Source: a virus
Lineage: Duplodnaviria; Caudoviricetes
Virus record (IMG/VR): IMGVR_UViG_3300021387_000796
Span: 154,067-218,066 of that record
Direction: 5' to 3' (one strand)
Length of the DNA: 64,000 nucleotides
In this document: one piece after another, positions 29,590 through 39,431 of the stretch
Numbering within the stretch: position 1 is the first letter of the stretch
Layout: each line of letters opens with the position of its first letter
Program-made: the position numbers and the translations under genes
The notes under the pieces: generated by a model
What the model saw: only the letters and a program-made list of their open reading frames with translations
Told to the model about the DNA's origin: nothing
The model's database searches: none

Positions 29590-31853
29590 TAAATTAATCC
29601 TCCGCTCATAATCATATCCAAATCATTTCTCGTTTGAGGTGGTAAATTAACTTGTACATCTTTTGCAAGAATTTTAGATAAAACATCAATGATTGTTGTT
29701 AATTTTTTTTCTAATGTTTTATCATTTCCCAAACCATTCAAAGACGAATTTAAATTCTTAGTAGTATCGTTTCTAACTTTTTCCATAGACAACGGAACAT
29801 CTTTTAATGCTACTAAAGTATCTTTAGGATTTGTTTTGATAATAGAACCATCTGTGCGAATAATTGCATCATTTACGTCAGTAACAGAATAATTCATTCC
29901 GTTTGAAAATGCATTATATTTATCTGTTTTTTTAATTTTATTAAAATCTGTATTTATTCGATTGTCCGTTAAAAACGCATAATCTGAATCCAAAATACCA
30001 GATTTAACCAATTGTTTAAATTCTTCTGAATTTACACCGTCCGTAAACCCTAGTTTTTTTAAAGTACGTTGTAAAGAATCTATATTTTCTGGGTTTTCTT
30101 TATAACTTCGATATCTTGTAGATATTTGCATCAAATATTCCAAATTTGATGCAAGAACTTCAGGATTTCTATAAATGTTAGCCAAGCCAATATCATCGAA
30201 TGTACCATGCAGTTTTTTAAAAAGTTCTTTATACTGATTTACATTTCCTTTATGTATACCTTTTAAACCTGACTGAACTTGTAACAAAGAAACTAATTCA
30301 TCTTCACTAAGACTATCAAGATTTCCTTTTAACCAATTTTCAACTGTTCCTTTTAATGCGCTATGTCCGTTACTTAAATTATTTCCTAATTTGACAAAAT
30401 CTTCTTCACTTAATGTATCTGCCAATTTATACATTATGTTTTTTTGTGTTTGGTTAAAATTTTTATTTTTATCTACACTTTTTAATAATTCTTTTTTTCT
30501 AATTTCATTTAGGCTTGTTTTTCCAGTGACCCAATTTTTAAAGTCTTGTAAACCTTGTGCCCAAAATTCACCACCAAAAAATCCAAGAATACCGCCTAGC
30601 AATCCACCAACTAAAATTCCTGTAATACCAAATGGCGCACCAAGCATGGCGTATTTTATAGCACCTTGTACCGCACCACTAGCACCACTGCTTGTGCTAC
30701 CAACAATTGAGCCAATCATGCTTGCCCATTTTTCAGTTCCCCATTCGTCTCCTTTATTCCAACCACCAATAGCATCTTTGATGACAAGTCCTAATCCCGC
30801 TACAGTGGCTAACGAACTGAATGAAGTTACCGCTTTATTTAAAGTGCTTAATGTTCCTCCAAATTCTTTAAATTTATCAGAAATACTACTCAAATCATTT
30901 TTACCTTTAGTTTTTCCAAATAATTCGTCTAGTTTGTGTCCAATATATAAAGAACCAATACCATAAGCACCACTTTTAAGTACATCTGAAGCAGTTGGAT
31001 TCTTCTTTGTAAACTTCATGAAAATTCTTTTAGCACCACCACCGATAAGTTTAAATACTGCACCAAATCCACCAAAAAATTCTTTCATCGGAGCGATAAA
31101 TAAATTCAAAGGACCTAATATACCTTGTAAACTTTCTTTGTTTCTATCAAAAGTGTCTTTTATTCCGTCAGCGATTCCCCCAAGAACTTTATGATTTTCT
31201 TTAAAATCTTCCTTCCAAGAGTCTTTCATTTCTTTAGCATAAGTATCGTTAAGATTAAGTAATGCTTTTTTATATTCTTTTTTATTTTCAAAATTAGTTC
31301 CATAAACTTCTAAGGCATCAGATTTTAATTTTTCAAGTTGATTATAATATTCATTGCTCGTATTTGCTAAATTATTTCCTTTAGAAAATTTATTACTCAT
31401 AAATTTAATTTCATTTCTTTTGGTTTCGTTTTTAAAAGATTGTTTTATGAACTCTTTCTCTATATTCAAAAGATTTTGTTTACTTTCGTTTTTTGCTAAT
31501 TTCATTTCTTTATTAGCAACTCGAACATGAGTTTTAAATTGTTTGGAAGATTCTCCGAACTCATTAGCCAAGGCGTTTAATTCCTTATTAAGTTTTTCAT
31601 TAACATTTTTTTCTTTTTCTAAAGATTTTATTGATGTTTCTGTCGCTCTCTTAATAGCGTCCTCAAAACCAACTAATGTACCGTATGTTTTTTTAATATA
31701 TCTTTCATATTTTTTAGTAATCGTATTTATATTTGCTATAGTTTGAGGGTCAACATAACTCGTACTATCAGAACGCTCTCTGTGTAATCCGTTTATATTT
31801 TGAGATGAAGGTGTGTTACCATTTGAATTCGAACTATTTCCTCTATTAACCAT
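29589..31853 (-). CDS. Tape-measure-like protein
   Basis: Coiled coil, Gly-rich TM segment (GILVGGLLGGILGFFGG), C-terminal NDAIIR..GSIIKTNPKDTLVALK; upstream of the baseplate hub genes. Confidence 0.65.
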   Translation of the reverse strand: MVNRGNSSNSNGNTPSSQNINGLHRERSDSTSYVDPQTIANINTITKKYERYIKKTYGTLVGFEDAIKRATETSIKSLEKEKNVNEKLNKELNALANEFGESSKQFKTHVRVANKEMKLAKNESKQNLLNIEKEFIKQSFKNETKRNEIKFMSNKFSKGNNLANTSNEYYNQLEKLKSDALEVYGTNFENKKEYKKALLNLNDTYAKEMKDSWKEDFKENHKVLGGIADGIKDTFDRNKESLQGILGPLNLFIAPMKEFFGGFGAVFKLIGGGAKRIFMKFTKKNPTASDVLKSGAYGIGSLYIGHKLDELFGKTKGKNDLSSISDKFKEFGGTLSTLNKAVTSFSSLATVAGLGLVIKDAIGGWNKGDEWGTEKWASMIGSIVGSTSSGASGAVQGAIKYAMLGAPFGITGILVGGLLGGILGFFGGEFWAQGLQDFKNWVTGKTSLNEIRKKELLKSVDKNKNFNQTQKNIMYKLADTLSEEDFVKLGNNLSNGHSALKGTVENWLKGNLDSLSEDELVSLLQVQSGLKGIHKGNVNQYKELFKKLHGTFDDIGLANIYRNPEVLASNLEYLMQISTRYRSYKENPENIDSLQRTLKKLGFTDGVNSEEFKQLVKSGILDSDYAFLTDNRINTDFNKIKKTDKYNAFSNGMNYSVTDVNDAIIRTDGSIIKTNPKDTLVALKDVPLSMEKVRNDTTKNLNSSLNGLGNDKTLEKKLTTIIDVLSKILAKDVQVNLPPQTRNDLDMIMSGGLI

Positions 31854-31939
31854 ACAAATCCTCTACTAAAAAAATTCATTTAAAATAGTTAGAAAAAAAA
31901 ATAATATATAAAATTTATAAAAATTTTAATAAATTTTAC

Positions 31940-31968
31940 TTGACAAAATACATAATTTATACTATTAT
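31940..31968 (+). promoter_or_regulatory. Sigma70-type promoter of the lipoprotein gene
   Basis: TTGACA-17nt-TATTAT. Confidence 0.65.
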
Positions 31969-32010
31969 ATAACTGTAAGAAAAATAACTTCTATAAGGAG
32001 GAAGTCAAAT

Positions 32011-32634
32011 ATGAAAAAAATTATACTTATTATTGGGATTTTGACATTGTTTGTTTCTTGTGATATGCCAAACAACGATAGTTCGAATACAGATGTTTCA
32101 AATCAGACAGATACCACATCTGAAACAACAAACAAAGAAGATGAAACACCTTCTCCAATCGAAGATGATAGTTCTGAATCTGAAAAAGAAACTGAAGAAG
32201 ATAATACATCTGAAAATGAAGAAACTGAAGAAGATACCACATCTGAAACACCTTCTTCAACCGAAAATGATAGTTCTGAATCTGAAGAAACAAATTATTC
32301 AAACGAATTTATTGTATCGTCTGATGTTACATGGGAAGAAGTATACGGTGATTATATTTCATATGTTCATTATAACAACAACGATGATGACACACAACGA
32401 ATCACATACGATGTATGGCGTGGTGAGTCAGATGAATTTCTTTTTTTGGAAATTGAAGGTCTTACAGTTAATCCTAATACATCAAGTTGGGAGATTATGA
32501 CTGATTTAAGCATTTATTTTATGGAAAACGATGAATTAAAGTTTATCAGTAGTAACTCTTCAATTTTGATAGAAAATGTATACATAAATAAAGAAAACAA
32601 AGAAGTTCACATCTATCTTATTGACAAAAATTAA
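32011..32634 (+). CDS. Lipoprotein with acidic S/T/E repeat linker (moron-like)
   Basis: MKKIILIIGILTLFVS-C lipobox; AAGGAGG RBS; own promoter and terminator. Confidence 0.8.
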   Translation: MKKIILIIGILTLFVSCDMPNNDSSNTDVSNQTDTTSETTNKEDETPSPIEDDSSESEKETEEDNTSENEETEEDTTSETPSSTENDSSESEETNYSNEFIVSSDVTWEEVYGDYISYVHYNNNDDDTQRITYDVWRGESDEFLFLEIEGLTVNPNTSSWEIMTDLSIYFMENDELKFISSNSSILIENVYINKENKEVHIYLIDKN

Positions 32635-32636
32635 AC

Positions 32637-32665
32637 AAAAACCCTTCGATTTTCGAAGGGTTTTT
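32637..32665. terminator. Bidirectional terminator
   Basis: AAAAACCCTTCGA/TCGAAGGGTTTTT. Confidence 0.8.
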
Positions 32666-32672
32666 TGTAAAA

Positions 32673-32897
32673 TTATTTTCTTCTAAATAACGGACAACCT
32701 GCTTTCAGCAAGGCAGTATCATAATCAACTTTATTTTTCATATCTTTTTCATAATCTTTTATAAACCAATTATAAAAACTCATAATCCGTTCCATACTCA
32801 TATTCATAAGTTCGTTATAACTACCAAATCCAAACTTAATCAAATTCGACAACACATCGGTCAGAGTCTTCATGTCTATCAACGTGTATGAAATCAT
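32673..32897 (-). CDS. Tail assembly chaperone C-terminal ORF (gp51-like)
   Basis: GSYNELMNMSMERIMSFYNW motif; overlaps the upstream gene in the +1 frame. Confidence 0.55.
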   Translation of the reverse strand: MISYTLIDMKTLTDVLSNLIKFGFGSYNELMNMSMERIMSFYNWFIKDYEKDMKNKVDYDTALLKAGCPLFRRK

Positions 32898-33963
32898 CGA
32901 ATTGAAACCCTACCCTCCTGTGTACTTTCTTTTTTAAGGAAGGTATGTACACATCAATGTCATCTTTAATACCGAATGGATATTTATTTACAACATCATT
33001 ATATTTTTTCCAAATATCATAAGACACATTATTGCTATAAATTTCCCACTGTTCATTAAGAGATTCAAGTTTCTTTCCGTTATATTCTACGATAGTCTGT
33101 GCTTGAATAATTTTGGCTACCATTTTACCATATTCCATTATGAATTCAAAATATTCTGCAACTTTATCTTCATTTTTATCCAAATAATCATCTAACATTT
33201 CATCTTGCTTTTCTTCGTTATTAATCGAATGAATTTTATTTAATGATGAACGAATATCTGCATACTTAATAAATTCATCTTTGAAATAATTTTTACAATA
33301 AGTCTCGGCACGAAGCATATCTTTCAATACGGTAAATTTAAATGTTACAGATTCATTAGTGGTCTTATCTCGAATTACAAAAGGAACTTTAATTTTTCCT
33401 TCCAAATCTTTATCATCATAATCTTTTCCAAGATAAGCGTAAACCATAGAAGTGATTGGAATATCAACTTCTTCCAAATTTTCATCAGCGTTCAATAATT
33501 TCTCATCTTCAATTGTATCATCAATATAAACTTTCTTGGTAATCTTCTTTGAAATAAAACTACCATGTAATCTATAAAGAATAAACAAGACATCTTGAAT
33601 AGGAAGTTTACCAACATCAAAGTTTTCATAATTTAATCTTGTTAAGACTTTAGTAATTGCCTTTACTTTATTATCATCATCAACATTTAAATCCAAAGCG
33701 TCCGATGCCGAATAACAACGGAAATGTAATTTAGATGGAATTCCTTCAATTCTTCCATTAGATACAAGATTAATTTCGATATAATTTGATGGAATATCAT
33801 TTTTTAATTCTTTTTCTGTTTCTTCTACCAAATCTTCTTTAATAATAGAATCTTCATTTTTAAGGCTTTCTTTCATTTGCTCTTCTAATGATTTCTTTGA
33901 TGTTACAATATTTTCTTTATCAGCCATTTCAATTTCTTCATCGGTCATAAGTGGACTAGACAT
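32836..33963 (-). CDS. Baseplate hub assembly/tail assembly chaperone (gp26-like)
   Basis: INLVSNG..FRCYS..LPIQDVLFILYRL motif; upstream of the tape-measure-like gene. Confidence 0.65.
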   Translation of the reverse strand: MSSPLMTDEEIEMADKENIVTSKKSLEEQMKESLKNEDSIIKEDLVEETEKELKNDIPSNYIEINLVSNGRIEGIPSKLHFRCYSASDALDLNVDDDNKVKAITKVLTRLNYENFDVGKLPIQDVLFILYRLHGSFISKKITKKVYIDDTIEDEKLLNADENLEEVDIPITSMVYAYLGKDYDDKDLEGKIKVPFVIRDKTTNESVTFKFTVLKDMLRAETYCKNYFKDEFIKYADIRSSLNKIHSINNEEKQDEMLDDYLDKNEDKVAEYFEFIMEYGKMVAKIIQAQTIVEYNGKKLESLNEQWEIYSNNVSYDIWKKYNDVVNKYPFGIKDDIDVYIPSLKKKVHRRVGFQFDDFIHVDRHEDSDRCVVEFD

Positions 33964-34042
33964 ATAATTTCCTCCATATTAATTGCATATAGATAAATAG
34001 TATCAGTCTTCCAATTCTTTTTCAAGTCCAAATATAAACAAA

Positions 34043-34068
34043 AAAGACCTAACTTATGTTAGGTCTTT
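34043..34068 (-). terminator. Hairpin terminator (AGACCTA family)
   Basis: AAAGACCTAAC/GTTAGGTCTTT with adjacent A-run. Confidence 0.7.
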
Positions 34069-34072
34069 AATT

Positions 34073-34435
34073 CTAATCTTCTTTAAATAATTCTTTTATT
34101 TCGTTTAAAAAATTTTTATATAATGATTTACAAATTGATATGATTTCTAATCCATTATTAATGTTTTCAAGTTCCTCATCATCATATATGCATTTTGGAA
34201 ATCTAATTTCATATTCCAATTCATTAGTTTTATCACACCCAATCACAGTTTCATGTTTTTCATCAAAAGGATAAATACTCACATATGGTAAATTTACATA
34301 AATTTCTCTTGAATGAATAGAAGATTCACCATCTATAAAATCACCATATTTACTAAATTCTTTTGTATACTTAATATAAATTTTTTTCATATCATTAAAA
34401 ATACTTTTAAAATAATCGTAATCACAAACAAACAT
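34073..34435 (-). CDS. Hypothetical protein
   Basis: GAGGTG RBS, TAACTATTT upstream. Confidence 0.65.
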   Translation of the reverse strand: MFVCDYDYFKSIFNDMKKIYIKYTKEFSKYGDFIDGESSIHSREIYVNLPYVSIYPFDEKHETVIGCDKTNELEYEIRFPKCIYDDEELENINNGLEIISICKSLYKNFLNEIKELFKED

Positions 34436-34472
34436 ATTTTTACACCTCTTAAATTAATATAATATTAAATAG

Positions 34473-35942
34473 TTAATCTTCTAATTGTTTTTCAAGTCTG
34501 CTTATAGTGTCATCTTGTTCACTTTCCGTTTCAGTTGATTCTGTGTTGAAGTTACCACTATTTGGGATTTCATCATCTTTAGGAATATAGTCAATCAAAT
34601 CTTTATGGTCTGAATCTATATAATAATAAATTGTTTGCCCTAAATTTTCTTGCCACGAATTTTTAATAACTGTGAGTTCAAGAATAGGGTCTACCAAATC
34701 ACGAATCAACTGTGAACATGGATTTTTATTTACCAAATACTTTGGATTATGTAATGAAAGTATTGCTCGACTTCTTTCTTCTAGTGAACCTGATTCCTTA
34801 ATTACTTCAGTAGACAGTCTAAACTCATTCAAATCTTCTATTTTTTCAATTTTTACAGTATGAGATTTTCGTTTTGCTTGAACTGTAGCAAAAAACAAAA
34901 CATTATCGGTTAAAGCAAACTCATTCAATTCGTTAATACCTTGAGTGATAGCATCTGCTCTTGATGTTCCATTTTTATTCATATCTCTAATCATGAGCAA
35001 AAGGTCTATACTACAAAACAAAGTTTCATCTTTCTTTAATCTAAAATCCTTACGACATTTTCGACAGAAAGATTTAATGTCAGCAATAGATACCGAATTA
35101 CTAGGATAAAAATCAAACATTTTTCGTTTATCATCTTTACGAGAATAAACACTTTCAAGTTCATCAAGTTTTGCTAAAATACCATCCCAATCAGTATAAT
35201 CATCTTCATCTTTATCATATCCTCTAAGAGTATTATAATCTTCATTAATCATTGTACTTACAAGAGTATCCATATATGTAGCGTGAGTTAATTCAGTATT
35301 TATAGCACATGTAGGAAGTCTTTTCGTAATTCTATTACGAAGTATCTTAATTGTGAGTGTTGATTTCATAGAACCACTCATACCCAAAAGAAGAACAATG
35401 CCTGCGTCAAATCCACCGATGAGTTTATCCAAATTATAATCACCTGTAGTATTCTTGTTGCCACTAGCACGTTTTTTAATTTCTTCTTTATATTCTTGAA
35501 TCAATTTAGGAAAAGAACTTGTATCTTCATTTTTAGATTTCTTCTGTTCGAGTTCATCAATTCTTGAACGAATCTTATCCAACTTTTCAAAATCACTGAC
35601 ATTCTCTGACAAATCACTCAAAGTATCAGATTTAAATTCATGAATTAAAGCCTTTGTTTCAAGTTTAGATACATAAGAATCAAATTCTTTTACATCATAA
35701 TCCGTAGACTGAACCGCAATAACAAGTTCAGATGTTAAAAACTGATTATCGAGGGTGAGGATATTTTCAGCAATTACTTTCTTTCCTTCGTTCTTGAGAT
35801 GAAGTAAGTCAAAATAAAATTCTTGAGCCTGACTGCTTATAAAACAATCTATTTCTTTTTCATCAAGTAATTCTGTATGGTCAAATAGGCAGTGAAGTAT
35901 TTGTTTTTCGAGAACCGCTACCCGCAAATTTTCTTCATTCAT
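34473..35942 (-). CDS. dnaB: Replicative DNA helicase (DnaB-like)
   Basis: LEKQILHCL, TTG..LDKLIGGF, GMSGSMKS Walker A, NTEL, TVQAKR, KESGSLEE, VIKN. Confidence 0.85.
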   Translation of the reverse strand: MNEENLRVAVLEKQILHCLFDHTELLDEKEIDCFISSQAQEFYFDLLHLKNEGKKVIAENILTLDNQFLTSELVIAVQSTDYDVKEFDSYVSKLETKALIHEFKSDTLSDLSENVSDFEKLDKIRSRIDELEQKKSKNEDTSSFPKLIQEYKEEIKKRASGNKNTTGDYNLDKLIGGFDAGIVLLLGMSGSMKSTLTIKILRNRITKRLPTCAINTELTHATYMDTLVSTMINEDYNTLRGYDKDEDDYTDWDGILAKLDELESVYSRKDDKRKMFDFYPSNSVSIADIKSFCRKCRKDFRLKKDETLFCSIDLLLMIRDMNKNGTSRADAITQGINELNEFALTDNVLFFATVQAKRKSHTVKIEKIEDLNEFRLSTEVIKESGSLEERSRAILSLHNPKYLVNKNPCSQLIRDLVDPILELTVIKNSWQENLGQTIYYYIDSDHKDLIDYIPKDDEIPNSGNFNTESTETESEQDDTISRLEKQLED

Positions 35943-36021
35943 TTAATTTACATTTCCTTCAATCATTTTTTATTATTTTATATTGAAATAGAAGAAAATA
36001 CAACACTTTTTGAAATTTTTT

Positions 36022-36408
36022 CTAAGAATTTTTATTCATAATTTCATTCAACTTGCCACCGATATCTTTCATCAAATCTTGAATACATTCAACATCCGTT
36101 ACTTTAGTATCACAGTTAGGATTCTTCACATCAATCAACTGTCCGATATTTTTCACCAAAGTAGGAGAAGGAATAAATTCGGTTTTAAGGTCGGCAATTC
36201 TTCCTTTATCAGTAATTTTATCACCCAAATATTCGATTTTTAATTCACCGAAATAAGGAATTTTTGTAGATTCATTCTCTGAAAAATTCATGAGTGTCAG
36301 CAACATAAGTGATTTAAGAAACGAATTTACATCACTCACGTTCAAATCGCCATTTGCTAAATTTCTTAATTCTTCAACTATAAGTTTTTCATCTTGAGAT
36401 AACTTCAT
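36022..36408 (-). CDS. HU/IHF-like DNA-binding protein
   Basis: KIPYFGELKI...FIPSPTL. Confidence 0.6.
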   Translation of the reverse strand: MKLSQDEKLIVEELRNLANGDLNVSDVNSFLKSLMLLTLMNFSENESTKIPYFGELKIEYLGDKITDKGRIADLKTEFIPSPTLVKNIGQLIDVKNPNCDTKVTDVECIQDLMKDIGGKLNEIMNKNS

Positions 36409-36479
36409 AAAAAATAAAATCCTCCGTTAAATTATATATAGAAGATTTTAGTGTAGTAATTTCAACGTTTCAATACCAC

Positions 36480-36869
36480 TTATTTCGAGAAATCAATTCT
36501 AGGACAAACAGAAATATAATGTTTGCCCATATAATTCGAAACTGTAATCACAAAACTTTCGGAAACATAAGACGAATCTATGGGATTATTCATAAAGTTT
36601 TCAACCGCTTCTTTAATCATCTGAGTTATAAAATCCCTAATCTGATTTGTTGAAAATACAGTCTTTCCGTCAGAATGTGAGCAAAGTTTTGATACGAAAT
36701 GAAGTTTATCAAAGTTTAATTTTTCAAGATAAAAATTTGTAATATCTGTAACTTTATCCTTTGATTTCTTAAACTTCTGCATGACTTCTTCAAGAGAATA
36801 AAGTGAAATTTGATGTTTTTTAGTATAAATATATTCTTTACAAACTTTTGTCTTGGAAATTGAAAGCAT
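36480..36869 (-). CDS. Hypothetical protein
   Basis: AGGAG RBS, 129 aa. Confidence 0.7.
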   Translation of the reverse strand: MLSISKTKVCKEYIYTKKHQISLYSLEEVMQKFKKSKDKVTDITNFYLEKLNFDKLHFVSKLCSHSDGKTVFSTNQIRDFITQMIKEAVENFMNNPIDSSYVSESFVITVSNYMGKHYISVCPRIDFSK

Positions 36870-36938
36870 TGTGTTCTCCTAAAAATAAAAAATCCTAACT
36901 TAGATAGTTAGGATTTTAAGCATTATTAAATTTAATTT

Positions 36939-38099
36939 CTATTCATCATCTTCCTCAGACTCAAAATATCCTTCTTCCACACACCAATCATAAAAATACG
37001 ATTCATCGATATGTTCTTTAAGATAATCATTGATGTCATAATCTTGAATGGAAACTAAATTTCCATAACCGTTATAAGCAAAATACTCATCATTAGGATT
37101 AAATGAATCATTCTTAAATCCATATCTTCCGCCATAGAAAGCACGAGTAATTGCTTCGAGTGGGTCGTTAGCATAACTTGTCAACTCATTAAACTCGTCC
37201 ATAGAATAAGGTTCTGAATCTGGGTCTTTTTCACTCAAATACTCAAAACCATAATCCTCAATCATTTCATCAAAATCCCAATCTTTCGGTGGGTCAAATC
37301 TTTCTTCCAATCTTTTACTCATAATTTTCTCCTTAGATTCAAATATATCATTTCCACCAAAACCAAAGTTTAATTCCATTTTATTTGGTTCTGTGTCAGA
37401 ATAAAAAATCTGTTCAATATCGTCCATCCAACCATCAATAACATCATTTGCTTTTTTATTAAAAAGTCCATTCTTTTTAAGATATGCAATTGTTTCAAAG
37501 AAATCTTTTTCCAAATATTCTTTATTGAATTTCTTCCAAGATTTTTTATATGTTTCCCAAGCATCTGAAATTTTATTAATTTTTGTGATATTTTCATCAG
37601 CCATTTTATTATCATCAATATCGAGGTTTGACAACGCAATATCACAAGCATCATCTACTGATAATCCATTTATTAATTTTTTCATCTTTTTATTTTCTCC
37701 ATTATATAAATCATCCAACTCTCCATCATAAGTAACGTTAGTTGGAAGTTGTTGTGCCATTCCAAGACCTGTCTGCATGGATTCGTCAATATCGTCAATT
37801 ACATTATTCATGAAATAAAAAACATCATAAAGTGAGTCGTGAAGATAACTCCAACAACGTTTATCACCAAAGTAGTTACTTCCAAGCAAGTCTTCACAAT
37901 ATTTATCCAAATCTCTGAAACTTAGAAAGTTATTTTTAGCATCTACAAGTTTTACAGTTAAATCAGAAATTTCATCATTCAGATTATCAACCTTGTACAT
38001 CTCGGCATCAGGGTCTTCCATATCTTCATTGATAAGTTTAACGGCTTCTGCCATCTTGAGAACTACCTCATCAAAAATTTTTTGTGTTTTATCAGCCAT
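36939..38099 (-). CDS. Acidic multidomain protein (possible internal head protein) with internal in-frame starts
   Basis: Three GGAG-ATG starts in one frame; C-terminal MDEFNE..FNPNDEYFAYNGYGNLVS domain. Confidence 0.7.
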   Translation of the reverse strand: MADKTQKIFDEVVLKMAEAVKLINEDMEDPDAEMYKVDNLNDEISDLTVKLVDAKNNFLSFRDLDKYCEDLLGSNYFGDKRCWSYLHDSLYDVFYFMNNVIDDIDESMQTGLGMAQQLPTNVTYDGELDDLYNGENKKMKKLINGLSVDDACDIALSNLDIDDNKMADENITKINKISDAWETYKKSWKKFNKEYLEKDFFETIAYLKKNGLFNKKANDVIDGWMDDIEQIFYSDTEPNKMELNFGFGGNDIFESKEKIMSKRLEERFDPPKDWDFDEMIEDYGFEYLSEKDPDSEPYSMDEFNELTSYANDPLEAITRAFYGGRYGFKNDSFNPNDEYFAYNGYGNLVSIQDYDINDYLKEHIDESYFYDWCVEEGYFESEEDDE

Positions 38100-38160
38100 A
38101 ATTTTCTCCAAAACTAAATATAATTATATAGTTATGGTTTTGAGGTGTCAAGAGAAATTA

Positions 38161-39363
38161 TCAAAATATATTATCTTCTTCCAACGTTTTATGAAATTCT
38201 ATATTCATAGTTCTATTCTTCCGTAAATTTTCTACAAATTTTTTACCTCTAGTTTTATCAATATAATTTAATATCGGTCGTATTTCGTTCAAACTTAATA
38301 TTGTGACATTATTCTTTTTCATACACTCAGTTTTCATTTTTAATTTTTCAATATCATCATCCGATGAAGTTTCATAAAAATAAACTAACTCATAATCTCC
38401 GTTTTCATCAAAATCAATCAATGTTGGATTTTTAACTTCATAAAATTTTCCATTTATTTTAAAATCAACTTCATATGTGTGTTTTTTATTTTTAAATTCA
38501 TATGTTAATGAATCTTCATGATATGTAAAATTTATATTATGTTCTATCAAATATATATAAAGGCAAACTTCCCAAGAAGAATCAAAACCAATATCATTAA
38601 TCGAATATCTTTTTTGAACTTTAGACATCATTTCATGTACATAATTTTCATGCGAACCAAAATGTTCTAATTTTGCTGATTCTATAATATCTTTCCAATT
38701 TTTATTTTTAGATGGATGGTCATATCCATATTTATTCATCATTGTTTCTTTTGATTTATTTTTAATTTCTTCATTTTGAAAAACATTATCTACTCCATAT
38801 TTTTCTCGTACAGTGTTCATAATTCTAGCAACACCTTCTTCTGATGATAAATACCACCCTCCATACTTTTTAAATTGCGTTTCTTTGACTTTGTTTTTAA
38901 AATCCTCAACTTGAGTAATATAATCACATCCGTATCGTTCTTGAACTACTTTCTTAGTTTTTTCTTTTTTCCATTCGCATTTATTTACAGAGTCTACTCC
39001 ATATTTTTCCAAACAAGTTTCTTTGCAGTGTTCTTTACTTATATCGGCTTGTGTAGGAAAATCACACCCATATCGTTCTTGGCATGTTACTTGAGTTTTC
39101 TCACGTTTGATTTTATTAAAATTTTCAATCGAGCCATATACTTCAATCAAACCTTGTTCTTGTGACCATTTCAATGGATTTTCTAACGAATTATAAAAAT
39201 CTAATATTTGTTTTGTTTGATTTTCATTTAAATGCTCGCTAGTAACATTACCATTCTTTCCATAGATTTTAATAGTTTGAATGTCTAAATGTTTAATAAT
39301 GTGTTCTAACGTTTTTATACCTATTTTATAGGTACGTCTAAAATTAAATAGCGATAAGTCCAT
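38161..39363 (-). CDS. Free-standing PD-(D/E)xK endonuclease-like protein with (E)KYGV repeats
   Basis: ERYGCD/EKYGVD repeats; FDSSWE..YEVDF..YEVK. Confidence 0.75.
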   Translation of the reverse strand: MDLSLFNFRRTYKIGIKTLEHIIKHLDIQTIKIYGKNGNVTSEHLNENQTKQILDFYNSLENPLKWSQEQGLIEVYGSIENFNKIKREKTQVTCQERYGCDFPTQADISKEHCKETCLEKYGVDSVNKCEWKKEKTKKVVQERYGCDYITQVEDFKNKVKETQFKKYGGWYLSSEEGVARIMNTVREKYGVDNVFQNEEIKNKSKETMMNKYGYDHPSKNKNWKDIIESAKLEHFGSHENYVHEMMSKVQKRYSINDIGFDSSWEVCLYIYLIEHNINFTYHEDSLTYEFKNKKHTYEVDFKINGKFYEVKNPTLIDFDENGDYELVYFYETSSDDDIEKLKMKTECMKKNNVTILSLNEIRPILNYIDKTRGKKFVENLRKNRTMNIEFHKTLEEDNIF

Positions 39364-39431
39364 ACTAAATCTCCATCAATATATTTGAATCTCGCAAAAG
39401 AATATATTGATGTTGCGAGATTCAATATAGA

